The position numbers and the translations under genes are program-made. From IMG/VR virus record IMGVR_UViG_3300045391_007423: DNA of 64,000 bases; one strand, written 5' to 3'. The notes beneath the pieces were generated by a model that did no database searches, was not told the DNA's origin, and saw only the letters and a list, made by a program, of their open reading frames with translations. How positions within the stretch are numbered: position 1 is the first letter of the stretch; each line of letters opens with the position of its first letter. Source of the DNA: an uncultured virus (IMG/VR IMGVR_UViG_3300045391_007423). Its lineage: Duplodnaviria > Heunggongvirae > Uroviricota > Caudoviricetes. Positions 1-9,879 of this stretch are shown in pieces.

Positions 1-24
1 CACCCCAACACCTCCTGGAGAAAT

Positions 25-552
25 ATGATGCACTCAAGTGGCACTCATCTCCAGGAATGTAACAGCAAAGAGAAAGGAGGAAACGAAACGATGAATGGAT
101 TAGAGCCAGCAACAAAAGATGATGTTTGTATTATATATATTGCTCAAATGCACGCTTCAGAGATAAAGGAGTATCAGCTTCCAGTATCGATGGTGGAACA
201 ATTCACGAAAGTAACGCAAGATCCACGCCAGCCAGATCTGAGAGAATTTTGCATGATGTTTGCAGCATGGTTCTACCATCGCAATCCTGATCAGTTACTC
301 ATAGAGGCTATTGCGCATTTTGAGAATGATGTAAGCATTCGCTATGGGTATGAGTTTGATGGAGATGCCAAGCGGATAGAGATCCTCGCGGTTCAGAAGA
401 TGACCACACGAGAGGATATCTGTGACTTCTGGGCTCGTGAGAGTGCTCTTTCTCGGCTTCTCACCAATCCAGATCTTTTCGATGCCCTTGGAGATCAGGC
501 GTTTGGAGAACATCGGTGGCAAAACGTTCGGACATGGATGGACGAAAAGTGA
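25..552 (+). CDS. Hypothetical protein (start may be 91)
   Basis: 175-aa ORF; AGGAGG before ATG at 91; converges on a terminator. Confidence 0.6.
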   Translation: MMHSSGTHLQECNSKEKGGNETMNGLEPATKDDVCIIYIAQMHASEIKEYQLPVSMVEQFTKVTQDPRQPDLREFCMMFAAWFYHRNPDQLLIEAIAHFENDVSIRYGYEFDGDAKRIEILAVQKMTTREDICDFWARESALSRLLTNPDLFDALGDQAFGEHRWQNVRTWMDEK

Positions 553-577
553 CTTGAAGCAGGTATATGAGAAAAAG

Positions 578-626
578 AAGGGCAGGTGCTAGATGCGTAT
601 TATCTAGCCCTGCCCTCTTGTTTTTT
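578..626. terminator. Probable bidirectional intrinsic terminator
   Basis: AGGGCAG...CTGCCCT stem flanked by A and T runs between convergent genes. Confidence 0.65.
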
Positions 627-631
627 AATCC

Positions 632-901
632 TTAGCGAGTATCTATAATGTCACAACGATACCCTGAGAGATCACTAAGGATACTATAAACAACACTCAT
701 TGCACATTTGAGATGATAGATCTGGCGTTGATTGAGCGAGATCGCTGGTGGAACACCAACCAGTTGTTCACAATAGGTACAGAGAATTTGATCTGATCCA
801 TGTTCACGACTGAGTATATTAAGATCTCGTTGGGTTCTAATAAACATCGTTCCATCCCTCCTTTCCTCAATAACGCCTGGTCTTCCATGAATGTGACTCA
901 A
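632..901 (-). CDS. Small putative Zn-binding protein
   Basis: CTYC...HLKC motif. Confidence 0.5.
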   Translation of the reverse strand: MSHIHGRPGVIEERRDGTMFIRTQRDLNILSREHGSDQILCTYCEQLVGVPPAISLNQRQIYHLKCAMSVVYSILSDLSGYRCDIIDTR

Positions 902-921
902 CTTTTTTTCTTCAGTGTTTC

Positions 922-1674
922 TTAACAGTACGGCTTTGTCCCCGGTGTTATTAACACGCTACTTATCGTGTCACTGGTGTCCGGGTCGTATCCTGACCCT
1001 GTATGCTCTTGTTGCTGATTATTATATTGATCCTGATGTGAAAAGTGGGGAAAGAAACTCGCTACAACGGTTCCTGCTTTGGCAACACTCCCATCGGCTG
1101 CCGTAAAATCCTGGGCAGGAAACACGGTCGAGAGTGCAGCACTACTATAGCTTTTTGAGAGACACACCGCCGTATTCCCATTAAACTTATTGATCGTGGA
1201 GGGTCCCACAATATCATCAGGCAGAAAGCTCTCCGCGATGGTTTGCGCTTGAGCATATGTCGTTGGGTGATTATCTCCAGCCACATACGAGATCTGCACC
1301 ACTCGAGGCACCATATCCTGATTCCCATTCTCCAGGCTCACGATAATCGTCGAACCTTTGGGAAAGACATCAAGCGTCGAAGCCCGAAACACATACATCG
1401 TGGGTGGCTGTGAGGCTTTGAGCGGTGCCCCATATTTTGTAATAAAGCCTGCCAGTGTTGAGCCAATGCCCAAATCCTTCACATGAGCATATACTTTTGC
1501 TTTTGTTGTATCCGCTGGTGGCGTAATCGTCTTTGTGAAGCTTGACGAATCAAGTTTGAACAAGAAGTTATAGCCAACGGGATTGTCCTGATAAGCATTT
1601 GCACTACAGGAAGTAAGAAAAAACACGCTGATCAGCGTGCATACAATGAGAGACGTTCGGTAAAATCCTTTCAC
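922..1674 (-). CDS. Lipoprotein (moron-like, possible superinfection exclusion)
   Basis: Signal peptide with lipobox-like FLTSC; GAAAGGA RBS; separate upstream intergenic region. Confidence 0.65.
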   Translation of the reverse strand: MKGFYRTSLIVCTLISVFFLTSCSANAYQDNPVGYNFLFKLDSSSFTKTITPPADTTKAKVYAHVKDLGIGSTLAGFITKYGAPLKASQPPTMYVFRASTLDVFPKGSTIIVSLENGNQDMVPRVVQISYVAGDNHPTTYAQAQTIAESFLPDDIVGPSTINKFNGNTAVCLSKSYSSAALSTVFPAQDFTAADGSVAKAGTVVASFFPHFSHQDQYNNQQQEHTGSGYDPDTSDTISSVLITPGTKPYC

Positions 1675-1778
1675 CGTTCAGTTCCTTTCAGATCAATTAA
1701 AAAGCGGTAAACTTGCCTCGTATGATACAAGAACTGACGGAAAAAGTAAATGCATCAGGACAGGATCAGTGTGTCATA

Positions 1779-2354
1779 CTAATACAGCGCAAGTCTCCCT
1801 GGCACCTGATAGGAGACTGGATAGACCCAGTGGATTTCCCCCTTGCCATAGAAGGTAGATTCACCACCAAAGATATCATAGATCAGCGTTGGCACCAGCA
1901 GATAGTTCTGTCCCTCAATATATTCACTCTCATCAGCACTTTGAAGCTGGCCTGACGTAAGCAGATTTGAGAGATCCGATCCCAGAATAATGGCATTCCT
2001 GATCCGTTTGCCGAGCGTGGTAATCATGGCCCTGGCAGTGTCCCTGGTGGGCTGCTGTGGTGTGCCAAAGGTGGCCCGGTAGTGATGGAGGTAGCGAATC
2101 GGGCCACCGATCTCAGCGCTGCCGTAGAGCTTTTCCTGCTCACCACCCGAGATGAGCGTGATCGACTTCTCCTTCTCTGGCGCATACGTCAGATAGGGTG
2201 CCGTCAGTGTTGGATCATCTTGCAGATCCATCTGCTTGAGCGTACGCAACGCCCCTGGATCTCCGACCAGATTGGTGATAAGCTCACGCTGAAAAAGCAC
2301 CTGAAGCGCTGAGAGGATGTTGACATCGATTGCGGGACTCGGTTGTGCTACCAT
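1779..2354 (-). CDS. Putative tail terminator / head-tail completion protein
   Basis: 191 aa; position after adaptor; alpha/beta pattern. Confidence 0.5.
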   Translation of the reverse strand: MVAQPSPAIDVNILSALQVLFQRELITNLVGDPGALRTLKQMDLQDDPTLTAPYLTYAPEKEKSITLISGGEQEKLYGSAEIGGPIRYLHHYRATFGTPQQPTRDTARAMITTLGKRIRNAIILGSDLSNLLTSGQLQSADESEYIEGQNYLLVPTLIYDIFGGESTFYGKGEIHWVYPVSYQVPGRLALY

Positions 2355-2381
2355 GAGTTTCTTCTTCTTTCTCTTGCTTGC

Positions 2382-3353
2382 CTACCGACGAACAAGCCGA
2401 TGCACACGTGGACGCTGTTCCCGACGATCATTGACGATTTGATCGTAGAGCTGTTTGATTGCGGCTGAATGACGAATCGTTGGCATATCATCACGCTTCT
2501 TGGTATCGATCCAGCGCGACAACCGGCTATCCTGAGCCTCAATCCGGTAGCAGCAGGACATCTGGGTACGCAGCAGGATGAGTGTCAGATCATCACTGGA
2601 AAAGTCATCAAGAAGGGTAGCATCACTGACAGGAATGGCTCTCCTGCCATAGTAGCGTACAATGAGGGTATCTCCGACATCCGTTGGGTCCCAGTCTAAA
2701 TGCAGAGCCCCATCGTAGATATCAAAGTGCCCGGTATAGAAGCGACCCCCACGTGGCGGCAGCAGTATCCCCAACTTTGGATAGCCGATATAGGAGGTTG
2801 CCGTACTCTCACCACCGCGAAATGGCATTTCTTTCAAAAAGAGTTGCAGATGTCCATCCATCGTATTGAAGCAGACCGTATTGATCTGGAAGAAGTCCGA
2901 GGGGAGCTGGTAGTCTCGCTCATTTTGCAGAAGGGGAATAGTCAAGTCTCCCCGCTCAACAGGAAAGAGCACATTTAGTTCCGTAATCGCATCCTCAATA
3001 TAGCCATTGATCTCATCATCGGGCCACGTCACCGTCGTTCCAGCATCTAAGCGGTCAGCCAGTGCCTGTCTCACCCGTTGACGGAGCCATGCGCGGCAGG
3101 AGACAGTACCGATGACAAAGGTGGCAGCCTCCGGTCCATAGGTCGCATTGGGATCAGTCCCGGCTGAGGGACGAATCTGGTACACACTTGCGGTAGTGTC
3201 ATCATAGACAATCTGAGCAGTGGTCGTGGTAGCTGTCGCGATAATAGTTGGGGTAACATCAGGATAGACGCGAAAGATCGTGTACTGGGTCGCTGGTGTG
3301 CTTCCATCAGGCCAGTTGACGGCAGGCCAGCTATAGGGTTGTGTGATTTGCAT
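2382..3353 (-). CDS. Head-tail adaptor-like protein
   Basis: LRQRVRQALAD...WPDDEINGYIEDA...DYQLPSDF pattern typical of phage adaptors; start moved to ATG 3353 with GGAG. Confidence 0.65.
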   Translation of the reverse strand: MQITQPYSWPAVNWPDGSTPATQYTIFRVYPDVTPTIIATATTTTAQIVYDDTTASVYQIRPSAGTDPNATYGPEAATFVIGTVSCRAWLRQRVRQALADRLDAGTTVTWPDDEINGYIEDAITELNVLFPVERGDLTIPLLQNERDYQLPSDFFQINTVCFNTMDGHLQLFLKEMPFRGGESTATSYIGYPKLGILLPPRGGRFYTGHFDIYDGALHLDWDPTDVGDTLIVRYYGRRAIPVSDATLLDDFSSDDLTLILLRTQMSCCYRIEAQDSRLSRWIDTKKRDDMPTIRHSAAIKQLYDQIVNDRREQRPRVHRLVRR

Positions 3354-3396
3354 AAAAGCATGCTCCAAAGGAACGAAACAGTGAGAAGAAAAAAGA

Positions 3397-4998
3397 TTAG
3401 AAGAATTGCGTTGAGATGACCCAGGGCGTCGTTGCCACTGGTTGCGCCAGAGTGCATTGCACCAATAACACAGATCCAACCTGCCAGGAGGTAATCACCA
3501 CCTGACCAGTGACAGGCTTACCCGTTGCTAAATAGAACTGCATCGCCTGTGGGACATTCATTGTTGCGAGCGCCTGCTGCGTTGCCAGCGAGGGTGACTG
3601 AAAGATCAGCTCAAAGCGTGCCCCTGTCTGGACCATACCACCTTGAAGTTGTGGGGCACTACATTGGACGGGGGGATCAAGTGCCACGCCACTCACCAGA
3701 TAGGGGCCAGAGAGCGATGATGGCACCAGTGGCACCATGATGGCTGTCCCACCCTGGATATCAGGAAGATGATGGGTCAGAAAACCAGTTACGATCAGTC
3801 GAAGTGCAATCTGCTGCCGCATTGTCGATTGAAGACGAGCTCGGAGTGAGAGAAGTGGAAGGATTGAGGCACCCAGACGGAGCCGAAGCGTGGTCATACG
3901 ACTGACGACAAGGGTGAGCCTGGTGGTGAGCAGCGAGCGTTGAAGCGCGGAGAGACGGAGCCGGGTCGATGCATCATGCTGCTGTAGTGCCGAGAGGCGT
4001 GAACGAAGTGTCAGCAGCCGTTGTTGCAATGCCCCTACCTTTATCCTCAATGTTTCGTCCCGTTGTACCTGCGCCTGTAGACGTATTCGAGATGCGAGTA
4101 TCCTCTGACTACTCTGGGCTGCCAGAAGTGCGAGGCGCATTGCCAGCGACAGTTGCCGTGGTACCGAGAGTCGAAGCCGCATCGAAGTTGCTGAGAGACG
4201 AGCAGCCGAGAGGCGCATTCGAGTGGAGAGCATGGAAAGACGAGAGGCAGAAAGACGAAGCCGTGTGGAAAGATCAAGGGTGGTGGCTGCCCGATAATGA
4301 TTCGCCACCTGCTGAGCAGAGAGTACCGTATTCCAGATGCTTACAAAGGCAATGGTTCCTGCAAAATTAGAGACATTAGGCACATGCGCAATATAGACCG
4401 GGTTTGCTGTCACACTGGCAATCGCCCCGGTCTGATTCGTTTCATAGTTCGTCTGTACACCATTCACATAGGCATAGTTATCAGCCGTGGCCCCATTCCA
4501 GGTACACACCAGATGATACCATTGCCCTTTGGTAAAGGTGCCGGTGCCACCACTTCCCTGTGTGACTGTAATCCCAGGCCATGCGCCATTGCTACAGCCA
4601 ATATTAAGATTAGCCGCCCCATTTGCTCCTCCTGGACACAGAAGCAACTCAAAGCCTTTAATTGATGTGCTCTGGAGCCAGTTGTTGCCGACCAGACGAG
4701 GATACTGGGTATAATCGATAGTTGTGGCAGGCTTGAAAAATATCTCAATGGAAAAGGCCGTCCACCCGGTCGGATTAAAGGATGTTGGAAGTGTCACCAT
4801 CCCATTACTTCCATCAAAAGTATAACCAGTCGAGCTATTGCGTGGGAGAGGACCGGCAGTACCATAGGTGATCCCAGTGCTACTATTCGTGCCGGTATAG
4901 CTATTGCCAGAACTATCAGCCGCGCTGGTTCCGCTTGCCTCACCCAGTTGCCAGAAGCCCGTTGGATGATCCGCAAGCACTATTGAGGCATAACTCAT
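3397..4998 (-). CDS. LamG/concanavalin-A domain virion fibre protein with 14-aa repeat shaft
   Basis: N-terminal P.GFWQLGEASGTSAADSSGN...WYHLVCTWNG...YVNG LamG motif; about 12 RLRLSA-type repeats. Confidence 0.8.
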   Translation of the reverse strand: MSYASIVLADHPTGFWQLGEASGTSAADSSGNSYTGTNSSTGITYGTAGPLPRNSSTGYTFDGSNGMVTLPTSFNPTGWTAFSIEIFFKPATTIDYTQYPRLVGNNWLQSTSIKGFELLLCPGGANGAANLNIGCSNGAWPGITVTQGSGGTGTFTKGQWYHLVCTWNGATADNYAYVNGVQTNYETNQTGAIASVTANPVYIAHVPNVSNFAGTIAFVSIWNTVLSAQQVANHYRAATTLDLSTRLRLSASRLSMLSTRMRLSAARLSATSMRLRLSVPRQLSLAMRLALLAAQSSQRILASRIRLQAQVQRDETLRIKVGALQQRLLTLRSRLSALQQHDASTRLRLSALQRSLLTTRLTLVVSRMTTLRLRLGASILPLLSLRARLQSTMRQQIALRLIVTGFLTHHLPDIQGGTAIMVPLVPSSLSGPYLVSGVALDPPVQCSAPQLQGGMVQTGARFELIFQSPSLATQQALATMNVPQAMQFYLATGKPVTGQVVITSWQVGSVLLVQCTLAQPVATTPWVISTQFF

Positions 4999-5516
4999 AG
5001 GCGTAACCCCAGGACTTCAACATTGAGAGGACCCAACCGAGGGATACCTTCACGCCATCCCTGGAAGTCATACACGTTATTGGTCATCGGTGTAGACATC
5101 CCTCCAACTTCACCATCGTAGACAACATACTCACACTCCCCTCGCGCTTTATCTATCACCCGACCAATGATCCGATGCTGGATGGTCTTTCCCCAGGCAC
5201 CAAAGGCATCAACACGTGAGAAGGTAAACTGGAAGGCAGTTCCTGGCTCAGTAATTGGCAGGCGAGCCGTTGAGCCCAGAGGAGAAAGACGTGAAGGAGG
5301 ACAGAAGAGCCAGAGTTCTGTAATCTTGAGGACATCCCCCGTATCGACCAGATCCAAACTCCAGTCAAAGGAACGACGTGTCCCATGGCTCAGATCATCA
5401 CGGTGATCGAGCTCACAGACCCATGCGCCTGTTGAGAGTTTTGCCGCCCAGTAGGTGCGGTGAGGTAAGATCTTGCCCACCAGCGAGCCAAACACGGAAG
5501 GAAGAAGATGAGGCAT
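4995..5516 (-). CDS. Hypothetical protein (virion cluster)
   Basis: 173-aa ORF overlapping the next gene by 4 bp; RBS present. Confidence 0.6.
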   Translation of the reverse strand: MPHLLPSVFGSLVGKILPHRTYWAAKLSTGAWVCELDHRDDLSHGTRRSFDWSLDLVDTGDVLKITELWLFCPPSRLSPLGSTARLPITEPGTAFQFTFSRVDAFGAWGKTIQHRIIGRVIDKARGECEYVVYDGEVGGMSTPMTNNVYDFQGWREGIPRLGPLNVEVLGLRL

Positions 5517-5542
5517 AGTGTTCCTTTGTCTTCATGAACGCA

Positions 5543-6289
5543 CTAACTAAAGCTATAGGAGAGCGAGAGGACCGGCTGAAGCGTTCCCGTACTCATGCCA
5601 GCACCAATATAGAGCGCCAGCGTAAAGTACCAGTAGCCGGCTGTGAGCGCTTTACAGATCGCCCCGTCCTGAATGTATTGGGTGGTCGCCTGAAGTGACT
5701 GCCAGCTAGAGAGCCATGCTGCTGATGCAGTGGTAGCCGCCCCCGCTGCACCACTGGTCGCGGAAAGTGAGCTTCCAGCCGCACCAGAGAGAGGCGTTTG
5801 CTGGGTACCAGAGGTATCAACCCCAAAGCCATAGGCATTCGCCTTGAGGTACGACGTATTAGAGGTATCGCTGCTGCCATTAATCATCGGGCTTCCTGAT
5901 TGTCCACCCGGCTGAGAACCAGGACTGGCGGCAGCATGGGTGTTGTCTCCATAGGCGGTCAGAGTAAAGGCAGAGACCAATGTACCAGCGTTGTCAAAGG
6001 ACCAGCGAAAGACATTAGCCTTACTATTGGTGCCATCATAGGTAGCAACCTGCTGCCCACTGGTATCGGTCGAAAAGGCCCAGAGTTGAGGGATAGCACT
6101 CACACCAGAGGCAGGACGAGAGAGAAAGGGCCAGGTTGCTGAGGGTGTGGTGGTTGTCGCGCCACTGGTGGCCCAGCGAAGCTCATTGGCCCCACTGGTA
6201 CCACCAAAGGCGATCGCCGTTCCCGTCCAGGTTGGAGATGAATCTGTCCCGGTATTATATTGGAGGGTGAGAGATCCAAAGTCAGACAT
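5543..6289 (-). CDS. Putative virion structural protein
   Basis: G/S/T-rich beta protein in the structural operon; AAGGAG RBS. Confidence 0.65.
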   Translation of the reverse strand: MSDFGSLTLQYNTGTDSSPTWTGTAIAFGGTSGANELRWATSGATTTTPSATWPFLSRPASGVSAIPQLWAFSTDTSGQQVATYDGTNSKANVFRWSFDNAGTLVSAFTLTAYGDNTHAAASPGSQPGGQSGSPMINGSSDTSNTSYLKANAYGFGVDTSGTQQTPLSGAAGSSLSATSGAAGAATTASAAWLSSWQSLQATTQYIQDGAICKALTAGYWYFTLALYIGAGMSTGTLQPVLSLSYSFS

Positions 6290-6311
6290 AAGTGTACAGA
6301 CTCCTTCTTCG

Positions 6312-6857
6312 TTATGAAGGCAAAATAGAAAAGCTCAGGGTTGCGTTAAGGATGAGAACAGTGCTCATCTCACCATAGGAGGGAGGATGCATCACGGCCT
6401 GTCGTTGTACCCAGAATCCCGTCTCATCCGGGTAGGTAATCGTCACCACCGTATTATTGGGATCATAGTGCGCAATTAGTGCCTGCCACTCTGACCAGGA
6501 CAGGGCGGTATATTGCCAGGCAATCTGGGGAAAGCCTTGAAGCAGTGGCGCAGCCGTAAGTGTGCGACCCGCAACAGGAGGAAGAACCGGGGTCACACGA
6601 TCCGGCGCAATAATTGATCCATCTCCATTAATGGCAAAGTTGGTTACAGGGGTAATCAGATAGTAGAGCAACAGAGGCGCAACATGTGGTTTCTGGATGG
6701 TATAGGTTATGGGAAGAGGCAGCGCAAACTGAGAAGGGGCAAGAGTATAGGAGAGGGCAAGCGCATTACTGCGTGGATAGAGCAGCGTTGTCAGATCATC
6801 ACCCAGCCGCGAGATCCCCAGAATATTTTGACCAAGAGGCAATCGACTGGCACTCAT
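6312..6857 (-). CDS. Putative virion/tail protein
   Basis: 181-aa ORF in the structural operon. Confidence 0.55.
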   Translation of the reverse strand: MSASRLPLGQNILGISRLGDDLTTLLYPRSNALALSYTLAPSQFALPLPITYTIQKPHVAPLLLYYLITPVTNFAINGDGSIIAPDRVTPVLPPVAGRTLTAAPLLQGFPQIAWQYTALSWSEWQALIAHYDPNNTVVTITYPDETGFWVQRQAVMHPPSYGEMSTVLILNATLSFSILPS

Positions 6858-6911
6858 AGAACAACGACCATCCTCTCTCCCCTTTTCTTCAGAGTTTTCC
6901 CCCTGTCCTGA

Positions 6912-7937
6912 CTAAGGACCATATGCCTGTCCTGTCGTGCCAAGTTGGAACCGCACAAAGTCTACTGCCGAGGTCTGACTGAGATTGATTCCACCGCTGG
7001 CAAACTGTATCCCGATAGAACGTGGAGTAAAGTTCGAGTTTGCATAGGTTACAAGCTGGATAAAGGTTGTGCCATTGCCAATATAGGTACGAAAATTCGC
7101 ACCAGAATAGTTGATGCGGAGATAGACAGGAAGACTTGGATCAAGCGGGACTAAAGGACCAATGATTGAAGCTGATCCGGCAGTATCTATCAGGGTACGT
7201 GCATAACGAGACCCATAATTGAGCAGAGAGTTCTGGCCTGTCCCCCCATTAAACACCGTTTCACACCGAACACGATTTCCTGAGTCTGCTGATGATACCG
7301 GATTACTGGAATCAGAGACAAAAAGGGTAACATAGACGCTCGAACTTCCATTTTGCGCAATAGAGATTCCATCAAAAATCTTGGTTGTGACCACAAACTG
7401 CCCACTATATGTAAAGGGGACATACGCTGTATAGAGCGTTGAGTCATTGCCCCCTCGATAGAGCAGAAGATGTGAACGGAGTGCCGTGTTGATGGACCAG
7501 ATAGAGCCACCTGACGGGCTCGCTGGATAGATGGTCCAGGCCCCAGCACTTTCAAACTCTGTATCATAGGAGGTTGGACTCCCCGTAGGAACACCCGTTG
7601 CTGAAAGCTGAGACTGGATCGGTGGGACATCTGGATGAAAGGTATCTGCAATATTTTGCCAGAGATGATTGAGCATAGAGGCAGTGGCCGTCATAATCAC
7701 AGAAGCCCCCAGACTATGACTGGCCGCCGTTGAGTTATCAAACCCACGTGTCTGGATAGTAAAGGTATCTGCCGAACGCGAGGCGATCAGAAAAAACTCT
7801 GTATCAATGAGAACCAGGAAGGGACCCGTTGCTGGAAACTGACTTCCAGCACCAGCCGTTACCGAAAAAGTTGTGTCACTGGCTGCAACAGAGGCAGCCA
7901 GTTGCGTGGTCGCAAAATTCGCAAAGTTCTCACGCAT
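6912..7937 (-). CDS. Virion fibre/decoration protein with C-terminal lectin-like domain
   Basis: N-terminal TTQLAASVAASDTTFSV...RGFDNSTAASH module common in phage structural proteins. Confidence 0.7.
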   Translation of the reverse strand: MRENFANFATTQLAASVAASDTTFSVTAGAGSQFPATGPFLVLIDTEFFLIASRSADTFTIQTRGFDNSTAASHSLGASVIMTATASMLNHLWQNIADTFHPDVPPIQSQLSATGVPTGSPTSYDTEFESAGAWTIYPASPSGGSIWSINTALRSHLLLYRGGNDSTLYTAYVPFTYSGQFVVTTKIFDGISIAQNGSSSVYVTLFVSDSSNPVSSADSGNRVRCETVFNGGTGQNSLLNYGSRYARTLIDTAGSASIIGPLVPLDPSLPVYLRINYSGANFRTYIGNGTTFIQLVTYANSNFTPRSIGIQFASGGINLSQTSAVDFVRFQLGTTGQAYGP

Positions 7938-7945
7938 CGTATGTC

Positions 7946-8599
7946 CTACTCATATGATCCATAGACAGAAACCGTCCAGCTCGTTGCCAGGACACCAGAA
8001 GCCGTCCAGAAGAAACGACCAAGACAACTCAGAGGAAAGGGAAGCATTGTCACTGACCAGCCCGAGGGATGTGTGATTGCGCCCAACCCTGTTGGGGTAG
8101 CAGCAGAACTATCGGCAAGCGGTTGAACACCCTGTCCAATTGCCACATAGAAAGATCCGATATCCTTCTGAACAGCACTTGTCCAGACTGGAAAATCAGC
8201 ACTGCCATCAAGCAGAGAAAAACCAAAGGAGAGACCTTCTCCCTTACTGGAGACCTTGAGATCTGTCACACAAATCATGATCACGATCGTTGTTGAGGCC
8301 GAGAGATCCAGAGGTATCTGGGTGGTTCCTGCGGCTTTCTGCTGATCTGAAGAGAGGGCAACAATAGCAGTGCCATCTTCCTGGATACCTCCCTGAGATG
8401 ACCAGAGCAGATGACGACTGCCACGTGGGGCGACAGAGAGATCAGAGACCGCATACGATCGATCGCCAGCACTCTTGATCAGGCGACGATTACAGGCGGC
8501 CACTGGAAGGAACTCTGAGCTTTGCGGAGAATCAGCCTGTAATGTCAGGGGATGGACCAGCGTATGATCCATCAATTGAGGATAGGGTCGTCGAACCAT
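7946..8599 (-). CDS. Putative virion protein
   Basis: 217-aa ORF in operon; AGGAG RBS. Confidence 0.55.
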   Translation of the reverse strand: MVRRPYPQLMDHTLVHPLTLQADSPQSSEFLPVAACNRRLIKSAGDRSYAVSDLSVAPRGSRHLLWSSQGGIQEDGTAIVALSSDQQKAAGTTQIPLDLSASTTIVIMICVTDLKVSSKGEGLSFGFSLLDGSADFPVWTSAVQKDIGSFYVAIGQGVQPLADSSAATPTGLGAITHPSGWSVTMLPFPLSCLGRFFWTASGVLATSWTVSVYGSYE

Positions 8600-8608
8600 G
8601 AGAAGCTC

Positions 8609-9028
8609 CTAGAGAGGAAAGGGCGTTGTACGATCCTGTACCATCGCATTGGTCCCCGATGATCCCACCTGGAGGAGCACTCGATAGGTATCATTAAGCA
8701 GATAGCCATACATACTATACATCCAGCTTGAGGTACCAGGAGTCCCCATCCAACGGGTATAGGCAAACATCTGGGTCGGGACTGGTGGTGTTAGCACAAT
8801 AGGTTGTGCATTGCCATTATCGAGGTAGAGCACCAGTTCGTTGAGCGTCTTCTGTGAGATCGAAAGCGTCACGCCATCTACTTCTGTCGGGGTCGAGAAG
8901 CTATCCCAGCTCGCCTGTGTGCTCTGAATCTGTGTCCCATCGGAGAAGAGTACCGCCCAGATTGGAGGATTGTTATAGACGGGAATATCATTGGGCCGAA
9001 TTATTTCAGGCTGAGGTGTTGTACTCAA
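8609..9028 (-). CDS. Hypothetical virion-cluster protein (TTG start inferred)
   Basis: Fills the gap between genes; AAGGA 7-8 nt before TTG; start uncertain. Confidence 0.45.
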   Translation of the reverse strand: MSTTPQPEIIRPNDIPVYNNPPIWAVLFSDGTQIQSTQASWDSFSTPTEVDGVTLSISQKTLNELVLYLDNGNAQPIVLTPPVPTQMFAYTRWMGTPGTSSWMYSMYGYLLNDTYRVLLQVGSSGTNAMVQDRTTPFPL

Positions 9029-9485
9029 TCCAAATTCCTTGTGAAACCGCGCCTTGCGAGGCATTTGCGGGAACAATAACCTGTAGAGTGACGGTGATGT
9101 AGTTGGCAGTTGCGCCACTGATAGTGCCGCCATTGGTTGGAATCGCATGCTTGGCAGTGCCACCAATGGAGTAGGAGAAGATATCAGCCCCCAGCGTATT
9201 GCCATTGTAATCTGCCACTTTCACATTGACATACTTATTGACAGACGGATTTCCTGTTGCAATGCCCTGGTGGATCGTATCATCGTAGAGAGCAATCACA
9301 CAGTTGGTCGCATCAGCAATGCCAGTAGCCCCGGCAAAATTGTTGTAGACACGCACCGTCTGAGAGATGGAGGCTGTTCCAATCCCGATCGCGCCAGCAT
9401 AGCCAGTACCAGAGAAGGCCAGAGAGGAAAGGACGCCATAGGGTGAAGTCGCCGAGCGCCACTCAATAACTGGAGAACTTGCCAT
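9006..9485 (-). CDS. Putative capsid decoration / structural protein
   Basis: 159-aa beta-rich protein just downstream of the capsid gene. Confidence 0.6.
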   Translation of the reverse strand: MASSPVIEWRSATSPYGVLSSLAFSGTGYAGAIGIGTASISQTVRVYNNFAGATGIADATNCVIALYDDTIHQGIATGNPSVNKYVNVKVADYNGNTLGADIFSYSIGGTAKHAIPTNGGTISGATANYITVTLQVIVPANASQGAVSQGIWIEYNTSA

Positions 9486-9526
9486 AGTGCATCACCTTCT
9501 TTCCTCTCTGTGTTTTCTCAACACGC

Positions 9527-9823
9527 CTAGTTTTTAAGAGCGCGATCACCTTCATTGTGAACAGCAATCTCACCGACATACGGGATCTTGGCCTCATAGG
9601 AGGTCCCATAGGGGCCATCACCACTGATCCCACCCTGATAGTGGGCCTCGTTAATAGCAGCCGGAGTTGACATGGACGGGTTGAAACGCCAGTCATCCGG
9701 GGGAGACGGGATATCTCCATTGGGGGCGAGCAGACGGGATGAACGCTGTTTGGACGCATCGGCAGAAGCAGTTGCCTCTGGCTGTGGTGCCCCATTCTTT
9801 TTACGGTTCTCACGCATGAACAT
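9527..9823 (-). CDS. Hypothetical protein
   Basis: AAGGAG RBS; follows the capsid gene. Confidence 0.5.
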   Translation of the reverse strand: MFMRENRKKNGAPQPEATASADASKQRSSRLLAPNGDIPSPPDDWRFNPSMSTPAAINEAHYQGGISGDGPYGTSYEAKIPYVGEIAVHNEGDRALKN

Positions 9824-9879
9824 ACTGGAAGACTCCTTTTAGTAGAGAAAGAAAAACACTGAAAGAAAAGGACTGAGGA

